A stretch of DNA of 64,000 nucleotides from Azolla caroliniana. Its lineage: Eukaryota > Plantae > Polypodiophyta. The DNA lies in contig JBHGNT010000001.1 in NCBI GenBank assembly GCA_043228905.1, positions 26,536,001 through 26,600,000 on the forward strand, read 5' to 3'. The position numbers and the translations under genes are program-made. Under the pieces are notes generated by a model. That model was not told the DNA's origin. It worked only from the letters and a program-made list of their open reading frames with translations, and ran no database searches. Positions 10,381 through 24,399 of the stretch are shown piece by piece. Position 1 is the stretch's first letter. Each line of letters begins with the position of its first letter.

Positions 10381-13300
10381 ATGGAAGGCGGCGGTAGTGG
10401 GCCTCCGGGCATGATGGTGTTGAACTCACAGAACTACGCCGACTGGAAGATAAAGATGGAAGACCTTCTCATCGTCCGAGACCTGTATGAACCGATCGAC
10501 AATGCCGAGATACCCAAGGGGGTAATAGAGTCGGAGTGGAAACTCCTGAACCGGAAAGCCGTAGCGACGATCCGGCAATATGTCGATGTAAGCGTTCTAC
10601 AACATGTGGCGAACGACACCAACGCATATGAGATGTGGAAGAAGCTGTCGGGCCTCTACGAGAGGAAGAATGCGTTGAACCGGACCTCCTTGATGAGGAA
10701 GATAGTGAACCTCAAGTACCGGGACGGCGAGAATATGGTGGAACACGTGAGCACGTTCATGGGATTCGTGAACCAGCTTGCGGCGATCAAGTTCCCGTTG
10801 GAGGATGCAATGCAAGCCATCATCCTGATGTGTACATTGCCGGAAAGCTGGGAGAACTTGGTGGTGACTCTCAGCACCTCCTGCACCGAAGATAACTTGT
10901 CCTTACAAACGGTAAAGACAAGTATTTTGAACGAAGAAGCGCGTCGGAGAGATAAAGAACCGGCCTCCGACTCGAAGGCGCTGCTTACCGAATCGGATCG
11001 GGGAAGACAATGGAACCGGAGTCCGCAAAGACGGGAGAAGTCGGGGACCCGGTCGCAGTCAAGAGGAAGGCCCACATGCTTCCACTGTGGGAAGCCGGGG
11101 CACTTCCGAAAGAATTGTCGGCATTACCGAAAAGACAACGGAGCCGACGACACCGATTCGAAGAAGTCACCGGAGAGAAACGGTGCATACCGGGGAGCCA
11201 CGGACCGGAGAGGTCCGGATCGGCGAGGGCAGGACCGGAAAGGAACGACGGCACTCGCGGCAAGTGAAGAAGAGATAATGCTCATTACCGAAGAAAGTGA
11301 ACTAAACATTGCCGGCGATGAGATGACCTGGGTGGTCGATTCCGGAGCGTCGTTCCACCTGACCCCGGAGAAGAAATACTTCTCATCCTACACAACCGGT
11401 GAGCACGGCTGTGTCCGGATGGGAAATGAAGGCACATGCCGGATTGCCGGCATAGGAGACGTGTGGTTGACAACCCCGACCGGATGCAAAATGCTGCTGA
11501 AGGATGTCCGACACGTTCCGGAGGTTCGATTGAACCTGATTTCGGCCGGGAGGCTAGACGATGAGGGCTACACAGGTAGCATCCGGAACGGCGTAATGAA
11601 GTTCAGCAAGGGGAGCCTGATAGTGGCTCGGGCCCGGAAAGAGAACACATTGTACCTGATGAATGCCCGGTTATGTCCGGAAGAGCTGAATGTGGCAGCC
11701 GACACTACCGGTGAGCTGTGGCACAAAAGACTGTGCCACATGAGTGAGAAGGGGATGAAGAGGCTTGCAGAAGACAACCTTATTCCAGTGAAGCATGTGC
11801 ACCTGGAGAAGTGCACCGATTGCCTGGCCGGTAAGCAGAACCGAACCTCCTTCCACTCAAGGCCACCGACGAGACGTAGCGCACCATTGGAGTTGGTGCA
11901 CACTGACGTGTGTCAAGTAGAAACAAAGTCACATGGCGGAGCCCAGTACTTCGTAACATTCATTGATGATCACAGCCGGAAGCTGTGGACGGCACCGCTG
12001 AAGACAAAGGACCAAGTGTTGTGCGTTTTCAAAGAACTCCACGCGAGAGTGGAAAGGGAATCCGGCAAGAAGCTGAAAGCGATACGAGCGGATAACGGAG
12101 GGGAATACCGGGGGCAGTTCCAGGAGTACTGTCGCTCGAAGGGAATCCGGCTCGAGTTTACTGTGCCGAAGACGCCGGAACTGAACGGGCTGGCCGAGAG
12201 GATGAACCGGACCATAATGGAGAGGGTCCGGAGTATGGTGGCGCATGCGAAATTACCCAAGGGGTTTTGGGCTGAGGCAATGTCGACGGCGACATACGTG
12301 ATAAACAGATCACCCTCAGTACCTTTGGACGGAGACACGCCGTAGAAAGTGTGGACCGGTAAGGAAGTGTCCTACCGGCATCTGAAGGTGTTCGGGTGTC
12401 TCGCATACGTGCATGTGGCAAAGGACCGGAGAGGAAAGCTAGATCCAAAGACCCGGCCATGCATATTCCTCGGTTACGGCGACGATGAGTTCGGCTACCG
12501 AGTATGGGACCCGGTCGACAAGAAGATATTCAGGAGTCGAGACATCATCTTCATGGAGGACAAGACACTCGCCGACTGGGAGTCGGAGAAGAAGATGAAG
12601 AGCTCCAAGTCGACCGGTGAGGATCAACTCTACGAGGAGCAGTCCCGACCGGCAAGGGACCGGTTAGCACTCGAGGATCCGGCCAAAGACGGTGAAGAAA
12701 CAGAACCGGCCGAAGAAGATGAAAATGATACCGGAACCGGCCCCGATCCCGAAATGGATTCGGATGAAGAAGAATCGGAAGAACCGGTTACCGAAGCTCC
12801 CGAACGGAGATATCCTCTAAGAGAGAGGAGGGCCCCCCGGAGATTTCCGGATCCAGAGCACGTGCTGCTAACCGACGAGGGGGAGCCGGAGAGCTTTGAA
12901 GAAGCAAAGCATGACACCCAGAGCCGCAGGTGGTTGAGTGCCATGCAGGACGAGATGGATTCCCTGCATGAGAACCACACGTATGAACTTGTGGAGTTGC
13001 CGAAAAGAAAGCGGGCACTTCGAAACAAGTGGGTGTTCAAGCTGAAACCGGGAGATGCCGGAAACCCCCCGAGATACAAAGCCAGGATCGTGGTGAAGGG
13101 GTTTCAGCAGAAGAAGGGCGTCGACTTCGACGAGATATTTGCCCCGGTAGTGAAGATGACCTCCATCCGGACGGTGCTGAGCATAGCGGCAAGCATGGAC
13201 CTCGAGGTAGAACAGATGGACGTGAAGACGGCATTCCTTCACGGTGACCTCGAAGAAGAGATCTACATGCAGCAACCGGAAGGATTCGAGAAGAAAGGGA

Positions 13301-14454
13301 AGGAGCACCTAGTATGCCGGTTGAAGAAGAGCCTTTACGGACTGAAGCAGGCTCCCCGGCAATGGTACCGGAAGTTCGACTCCTTCATGACCGACGAAGG
13401 GTACCTCAAAACGCAGTCCGACCACTGCGTGTTTGTGAAGAAGTTCGAAGGAGGAGACTTTCTGATACTCCTCTTGTACGTGGACGACATGTTGATCGTC
13501 GGACGGGACCAGGTCAAGATACGGATGCTGAAGAAGGCTCTTCACCGAACCTTCTCAATGAAGGACTTGGGTCCGGCGAGACAAATACTAGGGATGCACA
13601 TCATCCGGGACCGGAAGAAGAAGCAGTTGTGGCTATCACAGGAGAAGTACGTGACAAAGGTGCTTCACCGGTTCAACATGTCGGAAGCAAGACCGGTCGG
13701 GTCAACCCTCCCGGCAAACTGCAAGTTGTCCAGCAAGCAAAGCCCCAAGACAAAGGCTGAGAAGGAGGACATGATGAAAGTACCATATGCCTCTGCCGTC
13801 GGAAGCTTGATGTACGCAATGGTGTGTACAAGACCGGACATAGGATACGCAGTCGGAGTGGTGAGCCGGTACATGAGCAATCCCGGCAAAGAGCACTGGA
13901 ACGCGGTCAAGTGGATACTCCGATACCTGAAGGGCACGGCAAACGTGTGCCTCCGATTCGGCTCCGGTAAGGCCGAACTCGACGGCTTTACCGATTCGGA
14001 TATGTCGGCTGATGCAGATACCAGCCGGTCCACATCAGGGTATGTGATGACGTATGCAGGAGGAACTGTTTCGTGGCAGTCGAGGCTGCAGAAGACGGTT
14101 GCGTTGTCAACCACGGAGGCGGACTACATGGCGGCTGTTGAAGCCGGCAAGGAAATAATATGGATGAAGGACTTCATTAGAGAGCTCGGTATCCGGCAGG
14201 AGGAGTACCGACTCTACTGCGACAGTCAGAGTGCCATCCACCTTGCGAAGAATGCGGCCTATCATTCCCGGACGAAGCACATCCAGCGTAGATACCACTG
14301 GATCCGGGAAAGGATAGAAGACAAGGACTTCGTGCTGACGAAGATCCACACGGACGAGAACGGGTCGGATATGCTGACCAAGGTACTCACACCCGACAAG
14401 CTGGAAGCATGCCGGAAGAGGATCGGATTGGAGAGACATCCCATGCCGAAGTGA
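10381..14454 (+). pseudogene. Copia Gag-Pol polyprotein with one in-frame TAG (12343-12345)
   Basis: CFHCGKPGHFRKNC; VDSGAS protease; HKRLCH..CTDC; IN D-D-E; YVDD RT; RNase H. ORFs 10327-12345 and 12349-14454 are in the same frame. Confidence 0.95.
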
Positions 14455-16193
14455 AGGGGGAGTTTGTTGGGATTTCGGTCCCTCCGAATGGGATGTCCGG
14501 AGATGAATGACGGCAATCCCGGTTACGGTTACGGTTACGGTTACGGTTACGGTTACGGTTACGGTTACGGTTACGGTCCCGGCTACGGAGCCGGATGATG
14601 AAGACCCCGGCTACGGAGCCGGATGATGAATGTACCCGGAGCGAGATCCGGATGCGGGGACATATTTGTGAATATGTTTGCCAAGGGCCCTTGAGGCTAT
14701 ATTTGTAAATAGCCCGAAAGTCATATGTGTATAAATATGACTTAGGGCAAACAGGTTTATGTTGTTGCTCATTTTATGTTTTCAGCCGAGAGAGCGAAGT
14801 GAGAGCAGCCGAGAGAGAGAGAGAGAGGAAGAGGTCGATGCCTCTGTGCATTACCGCCGCCTGTGGCGAAGACAGTGAGCTCAAGGTTGTTGCCTTGTAG
14901 CTTCACCATTGTACATCTCTGTGTATAGTGATAGTTGGAGTTTGAGGACTCCCGTGGTTTTTCCCATTTAGGGTTTTCCACGTAAAACACCCTGTGTACT
15001 CTTCTCTCCATTGTCTTCGTACATTTTATATTTCTTGTTTTCTGTGAGTTGATCCTATTCCTCGGTTGTGCCCGAGCACTGTGTGCAACAGCGTTGTGGG
15101 TGGTTACAATCGGATTAGTGTCGGTCTCAAGCGTAGGCTCTACAGTAGTCAGATACGAAGTTGAGTGGGCACACAAAAGGTCGGTCCCCTGGTCGAGAGC
15201 ACTTGGGCGTCTGACGCCAGCAAGGGAAGCGCCTTCCGGTGACACGTCGTAGGATCCCTTGTCTTCTTTGGTCTCTGTTTCCTTTCTCCTCTCCGTCTCT
15301 TTTCTCCTCTCTAGACCACACACAAAATTAGTCGAGGGTCGCCCCTTTTATAGCACAAGGAGTAACCGTTACAGAGCATTCATGGCCTTGTCGCTTTAAC
15401 TTCCTAGATTCTCCACCCCCCCCCCCCCCCCCCCACTGATTCGCTCTCCTCGTAACTCTCCCAACTTACGCGATGTCTGAATCCCTATTAATGCTTCAAA
15501 TACCTAGTACACCTCCTTCTAGCTATGCCTAGTACTTACACTATCTAATTCACTAGGGGTGTGCACTCGTGCACTCCAGTGTTCCCACGTGTTTCACATT
15601 GTTTCCACCTATGTCCTGGAATCTTCACGACATCCACCCCCACTAAACCGCACATACTCTGTTATGTGCCGTGCAGCGAATTTAGTGAGGGATCTAGGCC
15701 ATCTACTACTCGTCCTCGACTTCAGAACTTGCACTTTCGGCTCATGGGTCCAGTTCCGCATCTTGAAGGCCTTTATCCGCTTCCCGGCCACCGGAGTCGT
15801 CATTCGGGTCTCGTCGAGCTCAACGAGATGATACGTCGCATTATCATTGACACTAATTACCACGTATGGCCCGAACCATCGCTTCGCGAACTTACCCGTA
15901 GACCTATCTTGTTTGACGAGGTTGTTGTCATAGACTAACACCCAATCGCCCTCCTCAATCTTCCTTGGTTAGAGCCGGTGTGCTCGGTCGAACCAGGCCT
16001 TGTTCCGGATTTTCGCTTCTTTCACCCTCGTCGTGGCCCGCTCCACGTCTCCCGGCCTTCGCTCGAGCTGCCGGATCCGGGCTGCTAGCAATTTCTCTCG
16101 GCTCATTTCGTTGGCCCAATTGATCGCCGTCCACGAGACGATTATCCGCTCCACTGGCATGGTGGGTTTCTGTCCAAACATTAGTTACGCCGG

Positions 16194-16266
16194 TGTTGAG
16201 TTGTTACGCTCTTCGCATGCAGAAAGAGGCGGGACCGCGGGGGCCTTAAACCAAGGAGCGTAAGAA

Positions 16267-16310
<44 letters not shown>

Positions 16311-16890
16311 AGCTTGCAGAAACACAGAGGGAGAAAGAGAGAGAGAACAAAGTCTTAATTACAAAATCAATAGCGATTACAACCGGCAAGCCGGCAACGG
16401 ACCCAACTTAGGTGAACACACACGCACACACACAAAAAATGCTCCCACACCAAGCATAAAAACGTGAAGGGAGAGCCTCTGATGGAAGCGCACGAGCTGT
16501 CCACAAAGCAGAGGCAGTGATCTCCCAAAACCCGCAAAGAATGACCACCGAAGGAGGAGAGAGAGAGCTCGCTACCCGGTCCGGCAGCACTTCGTCCTTG
16601 CTAATCCCCGATACCCCAAAAACATGATCCCTTCATCCGCCTACTTCCTTCCCTTTTATAGGCCGTCGAGGCAGGCCGTTGCACCCTCATTTTCATCAAT
16701 TCCTTCTCTGTCCTTTCTAACAGAGATACTCTTTGATTTCCTAGACATTCGATGCGTCACATCTAGTCTATTTACACCCTCCGTCCTACTCCTAGTTATG
16801 TACAAGGTATTAATTGGTGTGGAAAAGTGTAGGGCCAGTTCATGCACCCTGCTTCGCCGTTTCCGCTTCTGGCCGGTTTTCTTCGGGACA
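16194..16890 (-). mobile_element. Solo LTR of the Trp-primed Gypsy family in integrase of B, TSD CCGG
   Basis: TG..CA; ccgg at 16190-16193 and 16891-16894; host VTGYMPA*LMFG restored on removal; (GA)n tract. Confidence 0.92.
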
Positions 16891-19800
16891 CCGGCATGTA
16901 CCCTGTCACCGAACTGTGGGTAGTCCTGTCCGCCCATAACACGTAAGGGAGCAACCTTGGACAATCACCGACTCGTCCTTTACGATGGCTTTTACGATCG
17001 GGCCGTGGCCCCGCTCAACCTTTCCATTGGCCCCCGGGTTGTACGTCGTCGTGAGGGACAATTTTATGCCTAGCCGATTGAACAGTTCCTCGGCCTCTTC
17101 CGCGTCTAGCTCTCCTCGGTCAACCACGATTTTTCCCACGCACCCGTATCGGCATATGACATCTTCGATCAGAAACTTACATATTGTCGTGGTGGTCTTG
17201 TTTGTTAGTGCTCGACCCTCTACCTGGTTCATTAGGTCTTCTCTAGCTAGCACTAGGTATCGCTTCTGACCCTCTCCCATTGGCATCGTTACTAAGTCGA
17301 CCATCCATTTGAAGTGCATGGCCGGGGGGTATGTTGGGTGCAGCTCGTCGCGGTGTCGAACCACCGACTTCATCTGACAGCTTTCGCACGTGGACACAAA
17401 GTTGTGCACGCTCTTATATATACCCGGCCACCAATATTTCTCCTTTAACTTCTTGAATGTGGCCAATGTACCCTAGTGTCTAGACCAAGTGGTTTCGTGG
17501 AACTCCAATATGAGCTTCTCTTGATCATCCGCCCGCACTATTACTCGGAGCGGCGTGTCGTTTCGCCTTTTTGGGACCCTCTAGATTTTCCCATTTCATA
17601 AGATGTATCGGTATGCCCTTTTTTGGAGCTGTCCCGCTACCTCCCTAGTCACCGAGGCGTCCACCGTCATTGTTTTAGGAAATCTTCCGATTAGAAGCCA
17701 CTCCCCGTCGTAGTCGTCTTCATCGAACTCGTTCAGGGGCGGAGCACTTCACCCTTTTATCGTTATCCTTGCCGACTCGAAGAAGTTTGCGCCGACTTCT
17801 TCGTTCTCTGATATCATGCCATCCTTGTCCTCGAACCTTGCTCTGGAAAGCATATCGGCCATGGCGTTGTCTTTACCCAAGATGTGTCGTATCTTTGGGT
17901 TCAGGGACTTGATGTACCCAAGATAGCGTTGCGCATCCGGAGACCATACCGAGAATTGGCAGGCAGTCCATTTCTATGATCACTTCTGCCCCAATTAGAT
18001 AGTCTTTGTCGACCTTAATCGCCAAAACGATACCCCATTGCTCGCGCTTGACTTGGGCGTATCCTCGTTGTCGCTCACTTAGTACCTTCGCACCAAACCG
18101 GATAGGGAAACGCGTGCCATCTTCGTCCTCTTGGTTTACGACCCATCCTATCCCGGTCGAGCTGGTGTCCATCGTGATGTAGACTGGAGTTCCCGGTGCG
18201 TATTCCGCTTTGCGTAAAGTTGGTACCGCGGTGAGCGTTCGTTTTAGCCTTCGGACCGCCTCGGTATGTTGCTTTGTCCATTCAAATTTCCTGCTCTTCT
18301 TCAGCAAGCTGTAGAGTGGTTGGGCGACGTGCGTGTACTGAGGGATCCATATGTGGTAGAAGGCGCATGCTCTTAAGAATCGCCGGACCTCTGTGATGGA
18401 TCCGCACTCCTCCTTCATTGCCAAGATAGCCTCTACCTTGGTCGGCGATGGGTTCCGTCCATACAACCCACATAGATGGCCCACCACTAAGATCTCTGGT
18501 TGTTCGAAGGCCGACTTTTCTCTTGAGAAGGTAAGCCGCGCGCCTTGGAGCCTCTGTAGTATCTTCTCGCAGTCGGAGATATGGTCGGTGACAAACCTTC
18601 GGCACCCGTCCGCGCCGATCGACAATGGTTGGGTCAACGCATCCAATCTCTCTCGGCGAGAATGCAAAGGCTTTCCTGTGCCTCTCGAGCATCCTTCTGA
18701 ACCAGTCCTCCTCCGCCGGCAGTAGGAAGCCACCCCCACCGATCTTCAACTCTCATAGTGTTTTGTCAGTGAAATGGTGTCCTATGTCAGCCGGATCTCG
18801 CAAGCTCGGGTCGGTAGCGACCCCCTTTATTCGTTCCCAGCTGCCCTCCGGTAAGGGGCCGCGACGGGCTTCACCTTCTGGTCCACAGCCTTGTACTTGG
18901 TGTCTACTTGGGGGATCCGATGCACCCTGGTTTTTCTTTCGACGTCTGCAATGACTTCATACATGTCGATCGAGTTGACCGGTATGACTCGGTTTTCGCT
19001 TAGGCCTCCTTCGGCTACTTTCCCGATTTCCCCAAGGGTATCATCGAACGAGACCACCTCCACAGCTTCCTCAATCCCTTCGTCGTGACTCAAGGCTCCG
19101 CATGCCTTTAAGCGTATCTCGGCCCGCTTTCTTTCTCGGCCACTGATGCCGGCTATGGCACATCCCCTGTTGTCGGAGAACACACTTTCCTTCCTATTTT
19201 ACAAGTGTACGGAGTTTTTCGGCTATTCGGACTATCACAGCCCCATGCCTTGATAGCCCCTTTTAAAAATCGGCCTTGTTATTTTCAAGGATCTCCATTC
19301 TAGCCGCCATAATGTATGGTTCGCCGAGGATGACCGGGTGGGAGGACATCTCTTGCACGAAAAAGTGTTGGTTTATATGGACGTCTCCGATTCTCACCCT
19401 GACGTTCGGGCAAGCCCCGTGTAGTTCTTCTGTGGCTCTTGTAGCCGCGCATATGTTCCACCTGTGTTTGGTGTTGATCGGCCAATTCCCCTTTTTTTTA
19501 GAAGTCCATCGACATCAGGTTAATTTTTGACCCGTGGTTGATTAATGCTACCACCAGTTCCTTCACGTCCCCAATACGAACGGGAGTTTCTGTAGTCGCT
19601 CCTGCCCAGTGCGGCCACGCTCCACCGCGCGCTCTGCTTCTCCCTTCTGCAACCTTCCTCCAGACAAGGTCTCGAGATTAACAGGCCAGAACCCAGGGTT
19701 TGAATTGGGTTTGGTCGCATTCTTGCCGACGTGGATGTCGGCCGAAGCCGAGTAGTGGACGGCTTCGACGTGCTATGCCGCGACTTCTTCCATTAGCCTC

Positions 19801-20310
19801 TTCATGCCACCTCGTCCGAAATTCGCATCAAGCAATCTTCGTGTGTTGCTCGCATGTATCCTGCCATTCGAAAGATAGACTACATTACTTCTGAGCGCTT
19901 CACCGAGGTCAGCGCAATCTCTCCGGGAATTTCTGGTGGCGTTGCACCATATGCACCTCTGATTGGTTGGCGGTCATCAGTCGCGCGGCTGATCCTCGTC
20001 GCTTCGCCGGGCCTGGGCGATCTGGAGGTCGCGCACCATCCTTGTCAGTTCTTTTAGTCCTACGCCGCCTGCAAGCCCCGTGACTATGTTCGCCGGGGGT
20101 GAGCCTAGCTCGAGCGAGTTACTCGTTTCTTCCATTCGTGTCGATGTCGGCTCGGCTCTGGTTTCGACAGCTAGTCCGGCCGGTGAGGAGCCCCTTTCTT
20201 TCCAATCTTGGTATTTGTCAATCCTACTGCATACTTCTTTGACAGTCGCCCAATCAGTCGTGAGACCGCGGTTGGTTTCCAGAAGAAGGCCCATGCTTTC
20301 CCGGATGCGC

Positions 20311-21130
20311 TATCGTAGTGTATTTCGTACACTATGTGAAAATAATATAAAATAACCGATTGAATAAATATGAAGAAAAAAAAGGAGAAAATATCAAAAT
20401 AAGCATTACATGCATAGGGCAAGATTGGAACCTTGCACCTCCATGTTAATAATGTAATGTCTTACCATTGCACTAGCATTTCATTAGTATTAAAAAGTAG
20501 ATGTTCCACATAGAAACGTTAGTTCACCTAGGATAAACTTTAGTTAAAAGAAAATGCATGCTAAAAGAAAAAACTACGCATGCACATCTAGCGTGCATGA
20601 AAGCTATAGTTGATAAAAAACGCGCAAGTTAGAAAAAGCATGATCACTTTAGATAAAGCATATAGTCTATCTATAGGAAAAGTATGGAGTCTATAGTTAG
20701 AGAAGAAAAAGGATGGATTGCTATGACTCCCTCATCGCTATATAAGGATGGGGAGCACAATGTAATTGGGGGGGTGTGTGAAATATTTGGCAAATTGGAT
20801 ATATTTCCTGAAACACCAATAAACTATAATCGTGGGATTCATGAAGTTTTATATAATCTATCTCTTCCAATCTATGATAAATTGTAATTAGGATTCTAAA
20901 TATTAATAAATCTAATAATCTATACTTGCGGGATTCACAAGTTTCTTATATCTTTCTTTCAATCTAAATACATATTCTTATCTAAATACTGATTAATAAA
21001 ATATATTATACTTGTGGGATTCGCAAGTTTATAATAATCTATTCATCATTAAAATCATCTCAAACTATTCCAAAACCCCAGCGGTTCCCACCCGACTCAC
21101 GCAAACGATCTAGCGCCGAAAGGCACGACA
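20311..21130 (+). mobile_element. AT-rich solo LTR (Trp-family type ends) in gag of B, TSD GCGC
   Basis: tatcgt..cacgaca ends; gcgc at 20307-20310 and 21131-21134; U5 similar to the element G LTR; TATA ~20739; three internal c.tg.gggattc repeats. Confidence 0.85.
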
Positions 21131-22027
21131 GCGCGAGTCAAACGACGTAACAAAAAATAGGACTTTGCTCATTTCGAGCATGGTTCGGTCCAATCTAGAC
21201 AGCCGCGCGAACCGTGACTCGAACTCCTGGAGGAGCGTCGAAGCGTTCTAACCCTTGTCGGGGCTGTTCTCGATAGCCAGAGCGAGTCGTCGTAGCTGTA
21301 TCTTTCGAGAACTTCCTCCGCAAACTCCGCCCAATCACGGCAGCCCGCTTGTATTTCGGTCATCTCTGTATGGATGTGTGGTGTCACGACCCGGGGAAAC
21401 CCTGTCAGCCGTCTATCCTCGGGTATATTCTTCATCTGCATTTCAGATTTGTAGGCCTCTAAGTAACTCGTGGCGTCTTTCCCACTAAACCGGCCTATCT
21501 TGCTTCTATGGCCCTGTCGAGGGCACTCGCGCCCTCGCGAGTGCTAACCATGTGGTCTACTGCCACCGCCATTGCTTCTGCAAGTTCACTTCCTCTCATT
21601 TTCAGATTCCTTTTCCGCCCCTCTTCACGTCGGGCTCATCAAATATGTCGAGGAAATCCTCGCGGATGCGTACAAGTTGGGCAGGACCATGGGGGTCTTG
21701 AACCAAGGAATCAAGAAGGAGGAAGAGTCTGTGGTTTACGTGAGCCTTGAGACCACGGTTTAAATAGAAAAGATTTAGCGAAACGAGAGAGACAATGTAA
21801 GAGGGTCGTGCATAGACACAGGCATAGACAGATATGCTAAGAATAACTTGCATTAGGTGGATAAGCTTCTACTAATCAATATATGTGCGTAGCGTCATGG
21901 GTGATTACAACCGGATCAGTGACGGTGTTCGAGTGTAGGCTCTACAGTAGTCAGATACGAAGTTGAGTGGGCACACAGAAGGTCGATCCCCTAATCGAGA
22001 GCACTCGGGCGTCTGACATGAGCACGG

Positions 22028-22089
22028 TGTCGCGTTGATATGTGTGTCCGTGTAGAAAGAGGCGGGACCACGGGGGCCTTGAACCGAGG

Positions 22090-22130
<41 letters not shown>

Positions 22131-22724
22131 AAGAGAAGAGAAGAGTTGCAGATACGCAAAGGGAGGAGGAAAGAGAAAGAAACAACACTCTTAATTACAG
22201 TGACAGTCGATTACAATATCCAGAGATTGCAAACTCTAACGATTACAACCGGCAAGGCGGCGACGGTCCTGACACAGGGATCCTAGTCACGCACACAGAC
22301 AGAACACACTCGACTCAAAGAAACAAAAGAAAGGGGGGGGGAGCCTCTGTTGGAAGCACACAGGCTGTCCACGAAGCAGAGGCAACGAACTCCCGACACC
22401 CACAAAGAACGACTATCAGAGGAGAAGAGAGAGCTCGGCACTCCATTCTGCAGTAGCACCTCCTCCTCCCCAACGCACAAACTTTCTTCCTCCTCTCCCT
22501 TCTTAAATAGTTCGCAATTCTTCCATAGTCAAATCGCTTTATTCGTTGTCCCTTTCGATAGAGATACGCACAATCCCCTAATAAATGTATACTACCTAGT
22601 ATTTGCATCAGCCGACCCAATTATGAATCATGTACAAAATATCAATTCACACGTTTATCCGTGTAAGAGCCAGTTAATGCGCCTTGTTCTCCGATTCCGC
22701 CTATGGCCGGTTTTCTTCACGACA
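22028..22724 (-). mobile_element. Solo LTR of the Trp-primed Gypsy family inside the 5' LTR of B, TSD ACGG
   Basis: tgtcgcg..cttcacgaca; acgg at 22024-22027 and 22725-22728. Confidence 0.92.
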
Positions 22725-24381
22725 ACGGGCAGCGCCTTCCGGTGACACGTCGTAGGATTCCTCATCTTCTTTGGTCTCCGTTTCCTTTCTCCTCTCTAGA
22801 CCACACCAAAATCAGTCGAGGGTCGCCCCCTTTTATAGCACAAGGAGCGACCGTTACAGAGCATTCATGGCCTTATCACTTTAACTTCCTAGATTCTCCG
22901 CCCCCTTGATTCGCTCTCCTCGTAACTCTCCCTACTTACGTTGTCGTGGAGAAAACCATCCCTACGCGCAAACCGGGTATAACGTGCGTAAACCGGCCCT
23001 TACACGTGGGCACAAGTTTTGTTGTATAGTACGCAGATAGGTACAAGTCGGCTGAGGTGAAATCCTAAGTAGCACGCATTCATTAGGGAGAAAATCGAGG
23101 CGTATCCTTGTCCAAAAGGATAGGGAATAAACATGATGTAACGGGTGGTAACGGCCTCCCTCCTTGGGCTATAAAAGAGAGGGAGAGGTAATGAAAAAGG
23201 GGTATCGCGTTTTGTAGAGGACGAAGTGTTGCCGGACTGGAACCGAGCTCTTCTCCTCTGTCTTCTCTAGAGTCGTTCTATGCAGGTTTTCGGGAGGCTG
23301 ACTCTGCTCCGCAGAATGCCCGAGTGCTTCCGGCAGAGTCTCCATCTCGCGTTTTGTGTGTGTGTGTGCAGGCGTCGGAGCCTATCACTCACCGGCTTGC
23401 CGGTTGTAACTCCCTAATTTATATATACACATACATTCATTCTGTCTCCATTGTTCAGAGTTAGTTGCAACTCCTGTGAATCTGTGTGTCCGTGCGCGTG
23501 CGGATTACGTTGGTAGTTTCCTTCCCCTCCTCTCATTCGGTTATTTCTCGGTCCAAGGCCCCCATGGTCCCACTTCGTTCTCCACGCATGTGCTAACAAC
23601 GTGACATATTTGGTGAACCCGATGTGAACAGGCGGTAGAGGAATAGAAAGATGAGAGAGTCGGATCTTGCAAAAGCCATGGCTTCAGATGTGGATCGGAT
23701 AGTGAGTGCGCGCTGTCGTGAAGAAAACCGTCCAAGGGTGGAATTGGGGCACCGAGGCGTGGGAACCGGCTCTTCACACACGTGCGCACCAAGTTGTACA
23801 TAGAGGCGAATTAGGTACCTAGGAGGATCGAAGTGGTTAGATACGGTAGGTAGGAATTTAATGCCGAACGGCTCCTTCTTGACGGATAAAAAAGGAGGAG
23901 GACGGGGAAGAACGAGGGACAACGCAGAGAGGACGAAGTGCTGTCGAACCGATTCTGGACGCTTCGCTCTCTGTTCTCCTTCTTTTCCTCCATAGCTTTT
24001 CCTGTCCAGGGTTTTCGAGGAGGCTCGCGCTGTTGCGAGGAACGCCCGAATGCTTCCGGCAGCACCTCCGACCTGCTCCCTTTTGTGCGACGCAGCGAAC
24101 AGGCATCGGCATCTGTTCGCCGGCCTGTTCGGTTGTAACCATCCTGTGCCCCATCGCGGGTTGTAGCTTCTTGCTCATATATATACATTTATATTCATTT
24201 GTTTGCGTCTACCTGTGTCGGCGTCTGTTCGCGTTCTCTGTGTTGAAGGGCCGTGTCCCTGTGTATCCCCGGTCCCGCGTAACCGGTCCTCTCTCTTTCT
24301 CCACCCTCGCTTGCTCTTCGGTTCAAGACCCCCGCGGTCCCGCCTCGTTTCTATACGCACTAGCGTAATATCACGACATCT

Positions 24382-24399
24382 TGGTGAACCCGACGTGAA
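24382..24399 (+). promoter_or_regulatory. tRNA-Trp primer-binding site
   Basis: tggtgaacccgacgtgaa is the 18-nt complement of the plant tRNA-Trp 3' end (..TTCACGTCGGGTTCACCA). Same site at 23611, 35974 and (minus) 54381-54398. Confidence 0.9.

Larger units (their letters stand above)
9742..15090 (+). mobile_element. Full-length young Ty1/Copia retrotransposon (Tnt1/Tork-like)
   Basis: LTRs 9742-10349 and 14465-15090 (4 substitutions seen plus 3 extra GGTTAC units). tRNA-iMet PBS tggtatcagagc 10353-10364; PPT gaagggggag 14453-14462; domain order gag-PR-IN-RT-RH. Confidence 0.97.
9483..22941 (-). mobile_element. Element B: decayed Trp-primed Gypsy with four nested insertions; 5' LTR truncated by element D
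   Basis: 3' LTR 9483-15632 is split by the Copia; PPT at 15633+. IN/RH/RT 15680-19250 with the RT core deleted at ~18620. gag-PR 19262-21599; decayed PBS 21624-21641; 5' LTR 21646-22941 homologous to the 3' LTR. Confidence 0.88.

Noticed and set aside
12343-12345. Programmed stop-codon readthrough in the Copia
   Set aside because: The stop lies within integrase at DTP*KVW, lacks a CARYYA context and is most simply a CAG->TAG mutation.
16261-16310. (GA)n tracts here and at ~22093-22145, poly-C at ~15416-15435
   Set aside because: Simple repeats inside LTRs, variable between copies, with no independent structure.
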